Shown here one piece after another: positions 62,867 to 64,000 of a stretch of DNA of 64,000 nt; the stretch's first letter is position 1; the number at the start of each line of letters is the position of its first letter. The notes below the pieces were generated by a model, which was not told where the DNA came from, ran no database searches, and was given only the letters and a program-made list of their open reading frames with translations. The stretch covers positions 19,479-83,478 of the forward strand of contig JBOGVA010000018.1 of NCBI GenBank assembly GCA_050692195.1. Direction: 5' to 3'. A program made the position numbers and the translations under genes. The stretch is from Actinomycetota bacterium. GTDB lineage: Bacteria > Actinomycetota > UBA4738.

Positions 62867-64000
62867 TCCGGCGTGTCTTCCTGTGGCTCGACGACCGGTT
62901 GGGAGCGGCCAGCTTCGCCCGCCGATCGCTGAACAAGGTCTTTCCCGACCACTGGTCCTTCATGCTGGGGGAGATCGCCCTGTATTGCTTCGTCATCCTG
63001 GTCTTGACCGGGGTCTTCCTGAGCTTCTTCTACATTCCGGACGCGGAGGAAGTGGTCTACCAGGGGCCCTATCCGCCGCTCCGGGGTCAGGAGGTGAGCC
63101 GGGCGTTCCAGTCGGTCCTCCGCCTGTCCTTCGAGGTCCGGGCCGGCCTCGTGTTCCGCCAGATCCACCATTGGGCGGCCCTGGTCATGGTGGGGGCGGT
63201 GGCCGCCCACGCCGCTCGTGTGTTCTTCACCGGGGCGTTTCGGCGACCGCGGGACATCAACTGGATCCTGGGGACGACGCTTCTGATTCTGACCCTGGCC
63301 GTCGGGTTCGCCGGCTACTCCCTCCCCGATGACCTCCTCTCGGGCACCGGCCTTCGGATCGCCTACTCGGTGGCTCAATCGATCCCGCTCGTCGGCAACT
63401 GGATCGCGTTCCTCTTCTTCGGCGGGGAGTACCCGGCTCCGGACATCCTGAACCGCCTCTACGTGATCCACATCCTGCTGCTCCCCGCCGCCATCGCCGC
63501 CGTGCTCACGATCCACCTGGCCATCGTGTGGCATCAAGCGCATACGCACTTCCCGGGCCGAGGAAGAAGCGAGACGAACATCCAGGGCGAGCGGCTGTGG
63601 CCGCGATACGCCTTCAAGTCGGCCGGGCTGTTCTTCGTCATCTTCGCCGTGATGTGCCTCCTCGGTGGGCTGGCCCAGATCAACCCGGTGTGGCTGTACG
63701 GTCCCTACAACCCTCATGCCGTCAGCGCTGGGTCCCAGCCCGATTGGTACCTGGGCTGGCTGGAAGGCGCGCTCCGGCTGTTCCCGAACTGGGAGGTCCG
63801 GGTGCTCGGCTACGAGATCCCGAACCCGTTCTTCCCCGGCGTGCTCCTCCCCGGCGCCTTCTTCACCTCGATGATCTTGTGGCCGGCCATCGAGCGGCGG
63901 ATCACCGGGGATCGAGCGCACCACAACCTGCTGCAGTTCCCACGCGACGTCCCCTGGCGGACGGCGCTCGGGGTGGGAGTGCTCACCTTCTTCGTGATCC
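62863..64000 (+). CDS. qcrB: cytochrome bc1 complex cytochrome b subunit (3' end off-window)
   Basis: Not in the ORF track because no stop falls in the window. GTG 62863 is in a GTGA overlap with qcrA. My translation reads [43 protein letters not shown]...FRQIHHWAA..., typical of cytochrome b. Confidence 0.92.
   Translation, partial: [379 protein letters not shown]

Noticed and set aside
62698-63924. 408-aa minus-strand ORF.
   Set aside because: It is antisense to cytochrome b (qcrB). The qcrB frame translates to a textbook cytochrome b N-terminus but is missing from the track only because it has no stop in the window.
1-64000. CRISPR arrays, IS elements, prophage or defence-system genes.
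   Set aside because: I found no regularly spaced direct repeats and no transposase, integrase, restriction-enzyme or other defence-type motifs. The helicase-nuclease pair matches housekeeping AdnAB.

Overview
High-G+C actinobacterial-type chromosome segment. Lineage markers are two WhiB regulators, qcrCAB, AdnAB, a class E sortase and a PASTA-containing class A PBP. It is tightly packed with about 60 genes, 2 tRNAs and one SRP RNA, mostly core functions. In order: two roughly 90%-identical AMIN-like lipoprotein genes bracketing a DUF4012/sortase E/mini-substrate/DUF2993/BON/DUF1684/tRNA-Ser block; an aldo-keto reductase; an ArsR regulator divergent from a heterodimeric ABC exporter; HAD/DUF2330/BNR genes; ilvE; a Bacillus-type large SRP RNA followed by dnaX and recR with no ybaB; an aapJQMP-like amino-acid ABC operon; ask-asd; an ECF sigma unit; M55 peptidase, MazG and a GT-C protein; tRNA-Pro then rpsD; GT4, a metallophosphoesterase and YqeY; ponA divergent from whiB; NfeD, a second whiB and RidA; selA-selB; a Ser/Thr kinase with an orphan NuoD-like gene facing a MidA/NDUFAF7-type methyltransferase; MBL, Crp and two unknowns; adnAB; an operon containing a frameshifted fdhD; and qcrCAB, which runs off the window. 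I saw no CRISPR array, transposase, integrase or recognisable defence system. The most unusual items are the kinase/NuoD-like/MidA neighbourhood, the sortase E operon with a very small LAxTG-like substrate, the 0.8-kb direct duplication, and intact selAB alongside a decayed fdhD. All product calls come from motif recognition by eye or from memory, with no database search. Start codons were chosen from SD and overlap context and several are uncertain. The many long ORFs in alternative or antisense frames are treated as high-GC artefacts.
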